Shown here piece by piece: positions 27,122 through 40,400 of a DNA stretch of 64,000 nucleotides (positions are counted from its first letter, which is position 1; each line of letters begins with the position of its first letter). The DNA is from Phoronis australis (lineage: Eukaryota; Animalia; Phoronida), in NCBI GenBank assembly GCA_002633005.1, contig NMRA01000383.1, positions 198,951-262,950 of the forward strand, written 5' to 3'. Both the position numbers and the translations under genes were made by a program. The notes under the pieces were generated by a model, which was not told the DNA's origin, did no database searches, and was given only the letters and a program-made list of their open reading frames with translations.

Positions 27122-30100
27122 TTAATATAACACAGTAAGCATCTGAATAATAAAATCGGTGACATTTTATCGTAATCAAAACTTGGCCAATCAGCCTCAA
27201 GATTTTCTTTACCAGGACGGATGTCAGGATGTTATTTCAATTAACAAAAATATCCAGAAAATTAAGGTGACAAGCTTGAGGACACCACAGTACAGGAAAA
27301 CCCTTCTAAAATCTGATTACTAATGCAACGACAGGTTCTCTTTCAATTCCAACAGACTGTAGGAACACATGGAAACCAAAAATCAGTCAATTTGAAAGGA
27401 TTTATAATGGGACATAACTAGTATTTGAAAGGATTAATAATGGGACATAACTAATTTCAAGTGCAGCAAGTGGATGGAAAGTGTAGCTTTAATTTGTCTC
27501 TGCTTTATAAGAGTTATGATGTACAACCGAACAATCATTGACTTTTAATCTTGGTCATGTTTTTAGACCAAAAAATGACCATGACCTTGCATTTCTGACG
27601 ATAATTAGTAAACCACATAATTAGGTCAACTGTTAAGCAAAATGCAGCTAAGAATTCAACTCACTTCATGAGTCAACTGCTATCCTAGATTAAATATCAT
27701 ACATAACTTTTAACCACTTGTCAAATGTGGTTTGTGACTTGAGTCTTCGTAACAGCAATGTGGACACTAAAACTTTGTGCTAGATGTTAATGTTGCTATA
27801 GCAAAGGTTGCCCAAGAACAGAAACAAATAGATGTGGACCCCATTACTGCAGCCAGCTCATTGCTGTTGGTAATAAGGCAAACATTATACAAGTCAAACA
27901 ATGCCTGCTTTCTACACTTAACAGGGAGACTGGTCAAGCCAACAAAGGCCAGTGGTCAAACCACAAAGGACTCAACAAAGGACATGTGCTAATAGGTTAG
28001 GTTTCCTCTAGACAAGGTCCAGGACATTTTCAACTGACCAATGGTTGGATCATTAAAAATGGAGGGAATAATGAAGACTACATATGAAGGTCAACCACAC
28101 AGGAGTAGATCTGACCAGCAGAGTGTACAAACAGCGGGTGGCTAGCTTGAGCTAATATGCTGAGAGAGGGATTTTGTTTTAGATGTGTCCAACAAACAGA
28201 GGCTGGGTCAAATCCATGGACAGTGTAAACACTTGGCAACAAAAGCGGGGAAGATGTGGTTTGATGTTGTTCTGAGTTCTCTAAGCATGGAGGCCTCAAG
28301 TCTGCATACAAGTGCCTGTCCCATTGTTGAACTTGTCTGATTACACAACACTTCCATCTTGGTAGTGGAGCAAGAGGAAGACCCACTTGGACTGGTTGGA
28401 CAACCTTGCATCATTTATCAAACATTTTTGAAATTTTTTAAATAAATAACCACATTAAATTGGAGGTGTGCAACACGGTCAAGTAGTACAACAGCTTCAC
28501 ATACCCTGATTTTCTGCAATATCGGAAAATGGATACACCTGACTTCTTTCACGAACGGTTTCAAATGGAATTCCCACAGACACCACAATCCTGACACTTT
28601 TCATTATTAATTACCAAAAATCCATCATATTTCAAGATTATGAACACAAATTCATCGATGACAATTTGTAGCAGACATGTTCAAGTAGTTAGTTGTTCAT
28701 TTTTCTGAAGGTGACAAACATGGAGTGTAGCTAGTTAGTAAAATGGAGCTATAGCATAATTCACTGGATAGCAATTAAGTATTAGATAATTTATAAGTAA
28801 TTTATCACCTTGAAACAATCAAGGGGATCTAGCAATTTTTCACAACAGAAAAAAATGGTTTTATGTTTGCTAAAATAGATTTGAAAGGTTTTTGAAAATG
28901 GGAAACCAGGTTCTCTCCAGATCGCGTAGTGTGTTTGAACGAGAACATTTCATACACCTATGTATCAACATGTAAAATATATAAGCCATAATTAAACTTG
29001 CCCAAACTGCATCCAAAATAATTTTCAAAACCAAAGTCAGCATGAAACAGAGTTTCAACACTGGCACCAGAAGTTTTCATAAACATTTTGACATCGTTTT
29101 GCTGGTGGAACTCTAAACAGATAAATCAACCAATTTCTCACAATCAATGGTTGTGATAGCATTAATATTTCAATGACATGAACACACACTTCTCACTGAT
29201 AGACTTGTAGTCAATCAATAAGTCTGGAGTCAGTCATAAACTTGGATAAATTGAACAAATTATGAAAACCTGCCTTATCTAAGTCTTCCCCATAAGTGTC
29301 AACATGGCCCAGAGGCAAACTGCCATTAAAGGGGAATTACAGGTATGCAGGCACAAATATTAAACAATGCTAATCACGTCAAACATGACTGTCCAAATCA
29401 TCAGTAATAACTTTAAAGTTGAAACTCAAAGTTTCAGAACCAAAGCACACCAACTCTGTGCTCATAAGGCAATGTCCTCCACCAGAGAGTTTAGGTGTCT
29501 CAAATAGGACTGGAATACACACATGCACACACACACACATACATACATACACAGTTCAAGTTCATAATATTCAAAGAACAATCAGGGCACAATGAAGAGG
29601 GTTCAAAAGTTGAATGCAACACTCTGAAGTTCACAAAATACACACTCACACACATGTACCTAGGATTCATTCCCCAATTCCTTTTCATCAGAACGCAATT
29701 ATCAGACAAAAACCCCAAGAACTTTTAAACAAATGATTACAACAAATAGACAAACCATCTGCTCGAGGGCGTGTCCAAACCATGTTTTTGTCATCAAGAT
29801 TGCAGCTCACGAAACTCCAGTATTACAGGAGAACAAATTTCCAGTGATGGTTGCCTAGCAGTTGAGCACAATACTTCTTACCGATATTGAGCATACATTA
29901 TAACTCACAACCTGCTTTAAAAGTGCCGCTGTGACCTGTTTGCCGGAGCTTGTGAAATGTTTAAAAAAAGCCACTGCAGCCATGTAAGCAATGTCTACAC
30001 TGCTTTAAAGTAAGCTACACAACAACAAGCCATAGAGCATTGGAATCAAGAGGGTGACACAACAACTAGCCACAGACCATTGGAACCAAGTGGGTTAAAA

Positions 30101-30235
30101 GATAACTTAATTTACACTGCAAAGGGCATTAACCACCGCGGGCACCCACCAATTTTGTTGGAGGTGTTCGCACATTTATGACACACTTTTGGTTTCCAGC
30201 TGTGGAGAACACTGCTAATTAAAAATATAATCTAC

Positions 30236-31114
30236 CTCTCCTGCGTAGCTGTATTTGGCTTTGAGAATATGGCGATATAGCCTCGTCCGATTGTCATCGT
30301 CGAATGGCATAGTTCCACTGAGTAAAATATACGTGACAACTCCAACAGCCCACATGTCCACCATACATGTGTACGGCTTGCGTGCCAGAATTTCAGGAGC
30401 AATGTATTCTGGGGTGCCACATGTAGTTTTCATATAAATATCACCAGTCTTGCGTGTAGCACTTAAACCAAAGTCTGTAATCATTATTTTAGAGTCGTGT
30501 CCTGGGTGATAATACAACAGATTCTCTGGTTTCAAGTCCCTGTGTGTTATCCCTAAACTATGAAGGTATTTCACCCCTTCTAGTACCATTGTTAATACTC
30601 GGGTAGCATCCCTTTCAGTGAAACTACCTTTTGCTATAATTCGATCAAACAATTCTCCACCAGTAGCGAGCTCCATAACCATGTAAACTTTGTCTTTGCT
30701 CTCGAACACTTCCACTAGTTGAATAATATAAATATGTTTCACCCTCCTCAACACGCTAAGTTCTGATTCAAAGACTTCTTTTCCCTGAATTCTATCTATC
30801 ATTTTGATAGCATAGGGTTGTTTAGTGATTTTGTTTTCGACCCGTACAACACGACTAAAACTCCCTCGTCCTATGAGGGCTTTTATGTCGTATTTAGCGA
30901 TTACACGCTGGTCAAACTTGGCAATATACTTCGGTGGTGGCGGTTTCTTGGTGGTCTTTGGGGGTCCATCCTGATTGTTATGGTTCGGTCGATGAGTCCG
31001 ATGAACGTGTTTGTTGTACTGGTTTTTCGTTGATTTGTGTCCTGGCGGGTATAAAACCTCCTGACCCTCAATAACTGGCGGTGGGGGCAGAACTTTACTC
31101 GTGTAGCACCCCAT
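30236..31114 (-). CDS. PSKH1: PSKH1-like Ser/Thr kinase (CAMK group), first coding exon, 293 codons
   Basis: N-terminus MGCYTSKVLPPPP resembles vertebrate PSKH1 MGCGTSKVLPEPP. Kinase motifs present: KYDIKALIGRGSFSRVVRV, YAIK, HRDLKPEN, DFG, CGTPEYIAPE, DMWAVG. Donor GAG|GTAGAT at 30235 follows ...KYSYAGE. Confidence 0.97.
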
Positions 31115-31907
31115 CGCCGAGGATTCCTGTGGCTAGTCTACTCCAGAACTGTTCCTCATACCTCTCGTCACTTCCTGGGACACACTTCCCCGCAAAATAA
31201 TAGAAAATAATACAGTATTTTACTACACATGTGAGCCGTGTTTCGCTAACATAACTTAGAAAAGATTCTATTCAGGAAGAGCACCTGTTTGCTTGTAGTA
31301 GTGCGCAACGTAAAGTATTTCTAAAGCTCTAGCCAACAAAAATTGCTAGTTTACTTCGAGCTCACTTAACATTTTCATTGATTACGTTAAACACATTAGT
31401 TTCAAGCTAATGCTTAACTTAACATGATTTAGTTCTTCATAAATGTAAAATCTTTTGTTCCAGGATGCGTAGTAATTGAGAGCTCATGGAACTTTGAGGG
31501 CCGTGACACGGTCATAAGTAAACACGTGACATTAGATACGTGACGTCATAAGTCGTTATAACAACTTCAGTTCCGAGCAAATAAAACGAAGTGAAAATGG
31601 AGTAAATATGTTTTCAGTACGTCATGGGATCTAGTCAAATATGGTCAAATGTGTGCAAAGGTCAATGTTTGCGATTTTGTAAAACTCTGTAAGCAAAAAT
31701 AAAATATCGACAGAATTCACCACAACAAAAATTTCACTACGACTTGACGAAATTGAAAAAAATTGCAGATAGTCCGGCCGGGTACAATGTTGACTTCATA
31801 AGAAATCCTTAAAGATAACAGTAGTTCCTAACGATTGTATATGCATTCCCAACGTAAGGGCAAACAAATGCCTATATATAAACACTGTTTTATCGTGGTT
31901 ACTTACA

Positions 31908-32650
31908 CACCAGGCTGCGCCGGCAGAACGATTTGATTCAATCAGAAATTCTTACTACTGTGAAATGCCGGCAAAGATCGTGCAAATATTGCCACGTTTT
32001 TTCGCACATTCGTGCTCAGTATTGCAGAAGGGGGGGGGTGACGACGGGAGAACAGCCCTGAGCATCCACATCGGGGTGCGTTCAATCAATATGAATAAAT
32101 TTCTCGAAATTGTAGCTGATTTGTTGTTAAAAAGTCTCTATTTTGCGTTCATCTTTTTTTACCTTTCTTAGCCTTAGGGTCCACGCAGTTGAGTAGAGAG
32201 AGGGGCATCAAAAAATCGCCCCAGGCATCACAAAACTTCTTCACGCTCCTGTTCGTGGTTTCCATGAGATAAAACTCTGTCATTTCATTTTTACCTGCAC
32301 ACGGTGTTAGGGCTTGAAGACCTGTAGCATTATTTAACAAGTTCAACTAAAACTTTCCAAATTAAAGGCTTTCCAGGTCGACTAGTTGCGAGGTAGGTCA
32401 AAATAAGCAGTACATTGCCTCCAGCATCAGTAATAAATGCGAACATAATAACCAATACACAACAGGCACTCTGTATGAAATGTACGCTTGATAATGCAGT
32501 GCATCACAGGCGTGCACTGACGAATTACGCGAGTTCACGAAGTCTCTGCTAGGTGTCAGAATTTTCTCATGGGAGCCGACCATGGTTGTTCACTCTTCAG
32601 TACGTCTAATCTTCGCTCAGGCCTACAAGCGCGATACTAGCGCCTATTGT
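31908..32650 (-). promoter_or_regulatory. Probable PSKH1 5' non-coding exon / promoter region
   Basis: Strong minus-strand donor GTAAGTAA near 31907, a candidate acceptor CCACAG just upstream of the ATG (~31127), and raised CpG content. The start site cannot be determined. Confidence 0.35.
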
Positions 32651-33010
32651 GTTTCTATCCATTGTATCTATTTTTCAGTATTAAACTTTAGTTCAAATAA
32701 TGTCAGCATCTTTGCCTTCATGGAGTAACTAGACATTTACTCACCCGCTATTTCCCAATTGTTTTTACTCAAGAGTTTCTCAGTGAAAGTGGATTTATAA
32801 CATACATGTTGTGCGCGTATTTAAGCCCATGCATGGAGCTGTGTCTACATCTCGAGTTAGAGGCATGTTCCTAGATGTGAAACACTTGAGTAAAGCGACT
32901 TCTGAAATATTGTTTGAGAAAAAATTGGTAAACCTTGAGGTCTATTAAACTAATAACGATGACATTCGGGTTCTGTCCAAGAAGTGATTTTTTTACATAC
33001 GACAAAAATT

Positions 33011-33181
33011 ATGTCAACTTGATTTTGGGCTTACAAAGAATATATTGTCACTTGATGTCAACTTGTTGAGTACAAGGCTGAGGGCTGATTTAGGGCTTAC
33101 AAAGAATATATTGTCACTTGATGTCAACTTGTTGCGTACAAGGATGAAGACTGGTTTAGGCCTTGCAAAGAATTGTCACTT
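33011..33181. repeat. Degenerate ~65-bp tandem repeat
   Basis: GGGCTTACAAAGAATATATTGTCACTTGATGTCAACTTG repeated 2-3 times. Confidence 0.8.
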
Positions 33182-34951
33182 CGTTGTTCCTTGAGATCAT
33201 GTTCGACGCAAAAAAATGACATGATGCGGCCGTGACAAGGCAAACTGGAGACCAATATAGTGAAAGGTCAGCTCTACCAAGTAATGTCGTCACCTCCAAA
33301 GTGACTATGAGACCTAAAACTGTTTTTGACGACGGAATGTGGGTTTATTGCCGCTTCGACACTAATTATCCTATAAGCGAAATTTACGAATTGACAAAAA
33401 CATGACAAGAAAAACACCTGCTTATTCAACGTACATACGCCTGCGTCTATATGGTAAGCATTTGAGTAGGCTTGAATTTTTCGTTGAAAAATACACATGT
33501 GCCTAAATACGAGCACTTATACCGACAATTCCGCAAACAGAGCCTACTTTCGAAGTCCAAAGTAAAGCAGTTATCAACCCGCTTGTATCACAAAAAAGTA
33601 ACTTTTGATTTAGCCCACTTGGCCTCAGTCAGTTCGTTTGTCAAATTGGATATGACTTCAGAAATTCAAAAGAACTGACAATTTGTTTCTGCTTAAGATC
33701 AACACCTACAAGTTAGCTTGTCACGGCGTGTCTTTTTATACTTAATGCGCCGCGCACGATCTCGACGAATAACGACCAATCAGTTCTTTTGCAAACCAAG
33801 ACACCGCTTCTCATCTGAGTTAGAAAAACAAGTTTAAACCGATTTTACATCGGTAAAAGGTCTAAATTAAAAAGTTTGCTTTTCGCCAAACTGAATGTGG
33901 GTTTAAGTTTCTAGGGTTTGTAAGTTTCCAGAATGAACAGTCTCTCACAAGAGCGACTAAAAGCAGGATATATAGTATATTTCATCACGAGACTTATCTA
34001 CAGTTCATAGCAGCCATTAACACCGTAAACATTTCGAGGTTTGGTCCTCATTCCATATCCATGTTGCGGGCGCATTTACCGGTAATAGTCCCGGGCTTGT
34101 GTTCGGATACTAGAAAAAAATTGTAGTTTCGGAATATACTTCCTAGGGCTTAGGCTTATCAAAAAATTCTAGTTTCACATATAGGCGCGTGAGCCTGCGC
34201 GCTTACACGATAGACCCGTGCTCTTAAAACTCCTTCAGAGGGTCAGTATTCAAATTTGAGTGCGTTTTGGCTTTTGCGACAGTGGTACATTTTTGGTGAC
34301 GAACATTAAGCTTAAAGTAAGTATGCAAACAATTGAGTGAGAAGGTTAGGATCGTCGTTTTCGTTGTTTATGTGCTGTTCATTATGTATGTATTACATTT
34401 GTTGGAGGTTGGGATGCGTGGCTCGGTAGCTACTGCTCACTTGGTTAATTAAATGATAATTGATTCGTTGATTTATTGCACACGCGCGTACGTCGAGAGC
34501 ACACAATTAATGAAACTCTGAAGTGAAACGAACACTGGTCCCCGGCTACAGCAGATAAACTATGGCTATAGTCAGCAAGTAGTGGAGTGCCAAAAAACAT
34601 TGACTTTGATAGAGCGGACAACTTTCCAAAACTGGTTTGCTTCATAACAGTCTGATGTAATCTTTCAATTCCTCTTGACTAAGAAACACATTGTTACTAT
34701 GAAAACTAGACAATTTTTGTAACATGTCTGTTGAAGTTAATCGGCTTGTTTCTTGATTTCTATCTTAGAGTGCACAAAGGCAGGAATGGCATTCTGTGAT
34801 TTATGATAAAATACAGCCAATTTCACCCACAATGTGAAAAAGCAAAACTTCTCATAGAACATTTAACTTTGCTAATTAAAAGTCAGGATTTTGAATCAAC
34901 CATGCAGCAATTTTTCGTTAGTATGGTCTAAACGTTTTTGGGTCAGTAAGG

Positions 34952-35103
34952 CACCTCTGCTTCGAACAGAAGGCCCACGCCCTGGTCACCTCTGCTTCGA
35001 ACAGAAGGCCCATGCCCTGGCCAACTCTGATTCGAACAGAAGGCCCATGCTCTGGCCACCTCTGCCTTGAACAGAGGGCCCATGCCATGGCCATCTCTGC
35101 TTC
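34952..35103. repeat. 35-bp minisatellite x4
   Basis: Unit CACCTCTGCTTCGAACAGAAGGCCCAYGCCCTGGY. Confidence 0.9.
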
Positions 35104-35258
35104 CAGCAATACTCCATCATTTTTGCCAACCAAGACTCAGTGAGTGAAACGTAAGCCTTGATCAAGCACCTTCTAAATCTCAGGGATAACTAGGAAATTT
35201 TCTAACAGAATCTAAAAACCACCACACGTCAATTGCATTACAACTACAAATAAATTTA

Positions 35259-35592
35259 CCTGTAGGGCTGCATGAAACAGTCCCAAATAGGGGACCCACG
35301 TAAGTTCCCTAGATCTACAGAGTATTTGTGGACTTGTAAGAACACTGTCTTTTTATGCTGTTTTAGTTTCATTACGAAGTCATGTTTTAATTTGAGAGTG
35401 GTCTGTTCATTGAATACGCAGTATTATTTTATTGAAAATAAGAAGGGATCTTTTCAAGCAAACGCCCCAATTTACGAAGTAAGTCCCTATTTGTTTTCAT
35501 TGAACACAGAGCTCAATTTTTAGTTATATTATTTGAAAACGTCATTAGTCAAAGAGGAACTCATAATAAAGTTGCAAAGTTTACATTTGTGA
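35259..35592 (+). repeat. Dispersed repeat, copy 2 (unclassified)
   Basis: Direct-orientation homolog of 10372-10735. Confidence 0.7.
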
Positions 35593-35964
35593 GAAAAGGA
35601 CGATACAAATAGGCAAAAGATTTAGGCACCTTAGTCAAGTCTATTTAGGAGTCTTTCATGCAACTGGGCACTGGTTCCCAGATTGAGACTAGTCAGACGT
35701 CACCCTGTGGTCAAAAGTCCTGCATTCATAGTTCAGTGCTATGGAGCTTTGACAGATTTTTTGCAAGCAGCAGCGCATCAACACCGAAAAATACAAATAC
35801 AACATCCAAATGAGAATATGTCGGATATGAATCCCTCACTGTATTTTTAACACATTTTGACAATTTGAAGTTAAGGAAATAATTTTAATAATTTCATTAA
35901 AATACTGTGTTTGTTATAGGAGTAAGAATTATTAATCATCTTACACAGCATATGTTGGTCACAT

Positions 35965-36058
35965 AATGTGACCTGTAGTCAGAAAAGATCCCTGTCCAGA
36001 CTAGAGCTCGAACTCGGGAATTTCTGCTCACGTGCAGACTCTCCAGTCTGCCACGAAA
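35965..36058 (-). mobile_element. tRNA-derived SINE head (degenerate)
   Basis: On the minus strand, an A-box-like TGGCAGACTGG (36053-36043) and a B-box-like GAGTTCGAGCTC (36015-36004) at tRNA-like spacing. No full cloverleaf. Confidence 0.45.
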
Positions 36059-36204
36059 GACGATTTTAATCTTAATAATTTTTATTGATTTATAACAGCA
36101 CAATTATATACTGTGTTTTATTGATGGATTTTGACCTGATTTAGAGAACACAACAAATCAGAGAAATTAACAGCTCGTACTAAAAGACTTTTATGACCAT
36201 CCAA

Positions 36205-36362
36205 CTTACACTGAGTATGAATGAAGTGTAAAATAACTTACATTGGGTATGACTGAAATGTGAAATGACTTACACTGAGTATGACTGAAGTGTGAAATGA
36301 CTAAAACTGGGTGTGACTGAAGTGTGAAATGACTTACACTGAGTATGACTGAAGTGTAAAAT
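36205..36362. repeat. 32-bp minisatellite x5
   Basis: Unit ACTTACACTGAGTATGACTGAAGTGTGAAATG. Confidence 0.92.
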
Positions 36363-37360
36363 CTAGGATAGAACAACAAAACCATGATACGATATTAGTG
36401 CATGTATTATAAGATATGACATGCAATACAAAAAAACCATTGGTAAACTCAAAGCTGGATCAAAAACGGTCCAAAAAGTATTACATAGTACTAAATTACT
36501 ACATAATTTTGTGTGTGTGCTAAAAGTGATTGGTGAAAAATTTCTACCCAGACTACTGACGAAAGCTCAAAGCATCTTACTTTACAATGGGAATGGTCAA
36601 GATTTGCACGCAAAAGCGGGCAATACACACAAGCTTAATACACTCATACACTCAGCAACTGAGTTTTGTATGCTGCTCACTGGCCACTCATAAAACTGGT
36701 TGACAGACAGCCGAAACCAATTACCTGTCCTGATAAATGAGCAGACCTAAGCAATAGTTTAAAGCCATGAATACAAGGTGCACGGACCTTGCTCTGAAAT
36801 TGACCAGTAGTGTGTACAGTATAGATCTGTTGCCAGCACAGAACATAACCACTAACAAATGTTACTTGGACATCACCCGAATGAACAATACCTAGACTAC
36901 CATACCAGAGTCATTGACAACCATGGTTATCAAAGACTTCAATGCGACTTCAACGGAGAAATCAAGTTAAGACTGAGACTAGATCTTGTTTCAAACTCAA
37001 ATGCTTCACATTGTACAAAACACTGCCATGTTCACATTCTATAGCATCAAAATCACAATACATCCATTGCAAAGTAAATGGGAAAATGGTTCATGAAACA
37101 CTATACATCATGTAGAAAGTGCCCCCTTGTGTCATTTCCTGCGAAGCAGACGTGACTTACATAACACAATGTGGCAGTCAGAGTCATGACAGAGAATGAA
37201 CTATGTAAGATATGCCAGCAGAGAGCAGTAGACGCAGCATTAGTCTAGCCTTGTTGACTACAATTACGACCCATGTACCACAAGGCAATGACACAAGCTA
37301 CAGGTCTGAGTGGCAAGTTCATATCTATCAATGGGAGCCCCTGTGTGGTACATAATATCC

Positions 37361-37423
37361 TCAATAAGGCTTAGCTTTCTTCGGTGCTGTTTTCTTTGTC
37401 TTTGCTTTCATTTTCTTGTCTTT
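37361..37423 (-). CDS. WDR89: WDR89 coding exon 12 (stop)
   Basis: CAG acceptor, then KDKKMKAKTKKTAPKKAKPY-TGA. Confidence 0.85.
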   Translation of the reverse strand, partial: KDKKMKAKTKKTAPKKAKPY

Positions 37424-40400
37424 CTGCAATGTTAAGACAAAAGTGGAAACAGCTTTCATACCCATCAGTGGTCTAAATCAAAAGTTTGTTTCTTGGATGG
37501 CACGAGGGTTTATCGCTGCTTTAAGCACAAAATACCCTTCATCCAAGTGAAGTACTTAGCGTTTAACAGTAGTGCATGATTTACAACCTACACTTAAGTG
37601 TAAATGTCTTAAATGTAAACACAGTGAAGCAGCAAATATATAACAAATTATACTTGATACAATTTTAATGCCTTAATTGCTGTCATAATATCTACAGCAT
37701 CATCAACTAAAAAAATCTCACCAAAACACTGGCCAGATAGAACAAAGTAAATTCCAACTTTTCTCAGATCAAAACTGTCAACCAACTGGTGACTTTATGG
37801 AGCAATGTATTCAATTATAAAGGCACATAAAACCCATGTATAGAAATGACCGACACTTCAAAGCACAGAACAGGGTCAGGGGCGAATAAGACTTCCGTGT
37901 ACACAAGACAAAAATGGTGGGACACTTGCCCATGATAAACTATTCAGACATTCAAACATCTAACTCACCAATTTAAGCTCTAAGCTTCCCTGTTCAGGAG
38001 ACCAAAGGCAAATCATGGAGTCTTCACCACCTGTTATGAGATTATGTTTCTGTAAAAAAGTTACATCAATGTGAAAATAATAACGCTCTTCCTGCAGTAG
38101 GGATTCTGAAGAGAAAAGCAATAAAAAGGTTGTGTTTGTCTTTGGATAGGCAAAAAGCTCTGGCCAGGGCAAATATAATGACATATGTATTATAGTGCTG
38201 TAACCGTGAAATGAACATTAGGGGTTAAACTAGTCTTGACGTTTAAAGAAGCGCTATGTCCTCTGCTTCCAAACAATCTCTAACTTACTAACACTCACTT
38301 TTGGTGTCATTGCACCTATGAGGTTCAAATTCTATCCATCATTAATTGCCTGACTGTTCACCAAATAACACTGAAGATATGGATGATTCAATATTTTTTG
38401 TTCCATAAAAGGAACTTTGTCGGGTGTGTCTGCTGACTGTGAATTAACATGTAAGCCGTTGAGTACTTACAGACACGAGGCTACAGATGGAAACACTGTC
38501 GAACTCAATTTGGTCTAAGCTTTGTGAATGAAAACATTATATTTAAATTACCAATGTATGATCATAAATTGTCTTGTGGCACTTTTTACTGAACTTTTTT
38601 CCAGAGATTATTTACCTAGTGTTACATTTTATTTTTATTATTATTCTTTGTACTTCTACTTTTTGCAAAACTTGGTGTCCTTTTCATCTTTGGAAACAAG
38701 CTTGTGACAGACATGTTCCTCATTAGTATAGTGTCCTTATCATTGTAAAATATTTACTGATGATTCATTTTTTGTCAACAATCCACTTGGCACAATTTTA
38801 AAAGACAAACCAACTGCAAAGGATGTCAGCATGCAGTTACAAACATTGTGGATGTAATTTGGCTGTGGGACTCCCCCCCCAAATGTGTCCTGAGACTGGG
38901 ATCAAGGGAATGTATTAACAACATTTAAAAGTTGATATTCTGGTGTGGATTTTTAAGTGGCATTCTTAAAAAGCAGATGGGGGGGGGCGACAGAATATCC
39001 TCTCATCTGAAAAAAAAATCCCCTCTCAGAATACAGGTACCTTTTCCTCAGATGCGCGAGGGAGCTTACAGCGATCCTTATCCTACTAATACCAACATGC
39101 TGAGAACAAGTTTTCTGTTCCTACTCTAATCAGACGTTTAAAACAGGACACTTTACTTCATTATGACCGCTTAATGAATACATTTGACAGCAAAGGACCT
39201 CCTCAGTCAGTGATAGTTCACATACCTGACCATCCCAGTAGGCACATCTGACCACATCTTTGTGACCTCCACTTAAAGTACATGCCACCTCCAGCTGACC
39301 ATCATCATCTACGGGCATAAGATGGACTTGGCCACTGAAAAACAACTGACAGATTCAGGCTATTTTGCAGTGAGACAGAAAGACCAGAATGTTCTTGGTA
39401 TGACAACATGGTTTCATCTTTATATCAGAGCTGGGCCTAAATATGGGCATCAACAGTAAAGCTTAGGTCACTTGTGGTCATTATCAACTCAGCAGTCATG
39501 TACAGTATCTTGCACTTCAGTCTGTGAGGCCTTGCTACGCAGAACTATTGATTGCTTTAACAACAAAAACAGGTTTACAACAACGGGCAGCCGCGAAAAA
39601 TAAAACAGCAAAAGTGTGAGGAAATATTGAGTTAATTAATTAACCTTGGTAATTAACATTGTATGGCCAAAACAAGATTTGACAGTGTGTGGGGTTTTAG
39701 TTTGTTTGTGCATGTGGGTGGACCTGATTTCAAGTGTCCGATTCTGACAACCGACACAATCATAACGGTAACTATGGCCAAGTAATGTCGCTCCTAGTCG
39801 ATAAGCGCATGATATCCAAGGCGACTGGCAGTGTGGCACTGCGTACTATCACTCCGTTTCCTTTGTCTGGTCCACTGTGCAATGAAGAAAATTACTTCAT
39901 TTTTTCAAAGAAAATGGAAGCTGAGTGACAATGAAGAAACAGAAGCTGGTGGAAAGATGTATGTGTTCAAAATTGGGACAAAAAATACGTAAAGTAGGTG
40001 AAAGTCTGGAATCAAGGGCGTTTTTAGTGGCAATTTGATGAGCTGAAAATTTGCCGGTTCCAGAATGCGATCTGGGTCATGGGATTTTGCCGCGCTAGTC
40101 ACAAAATAGAGCTGTCGAGGGCTGTTTGTACTTCAGAAATCAATCAAGAAAATGCTGGTTTTCAGAGGCAAAACCAAAATTTTCCCCTGGGCAGAAGGGC
40201 CCATTCCGTACTACGCGCCTCTACAATCACGCTTTGCACGATTGCCTACGAGGCAAAATGTTGGGCTACCCCTCATAAAATATCCTAGATCCGCCACTGT
40301 ACAGAACAATTTTCAGTTAAAGGACTTTGATTCAGGCAACATGTATATTGCAATCAGGTGTTTTTAAGGACCAGCTGCTTAACATACTTGTGTATGACTA

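Larger units (their letters stand above)
271..30235 (-). other. ~30 kb phase-0 GT-AG intron of PSKH1
   Basis: GT at 30235-30234 and AG at 272-271. The spliced product YSYAGE|PWKDVS is a continuous kinase domain. Confidence 0.9.

Noticed and set aside
28078-28414. Nested gene in the PSKH1 intron
   Set aside because: Short ORFs with no recognisable motif or consistent splice chain.
30215-30235. Single-exon truncated kinase ending VDYIFN
   Set aside because: Read-through past a valid donor; the true continuation is the exon at 1-270.
35965-36058. Functional tRNA gene
   Set aside because: A/B boxes are present but there is no convincing acceptor stem or cloverleaf; treated as a SINE head.
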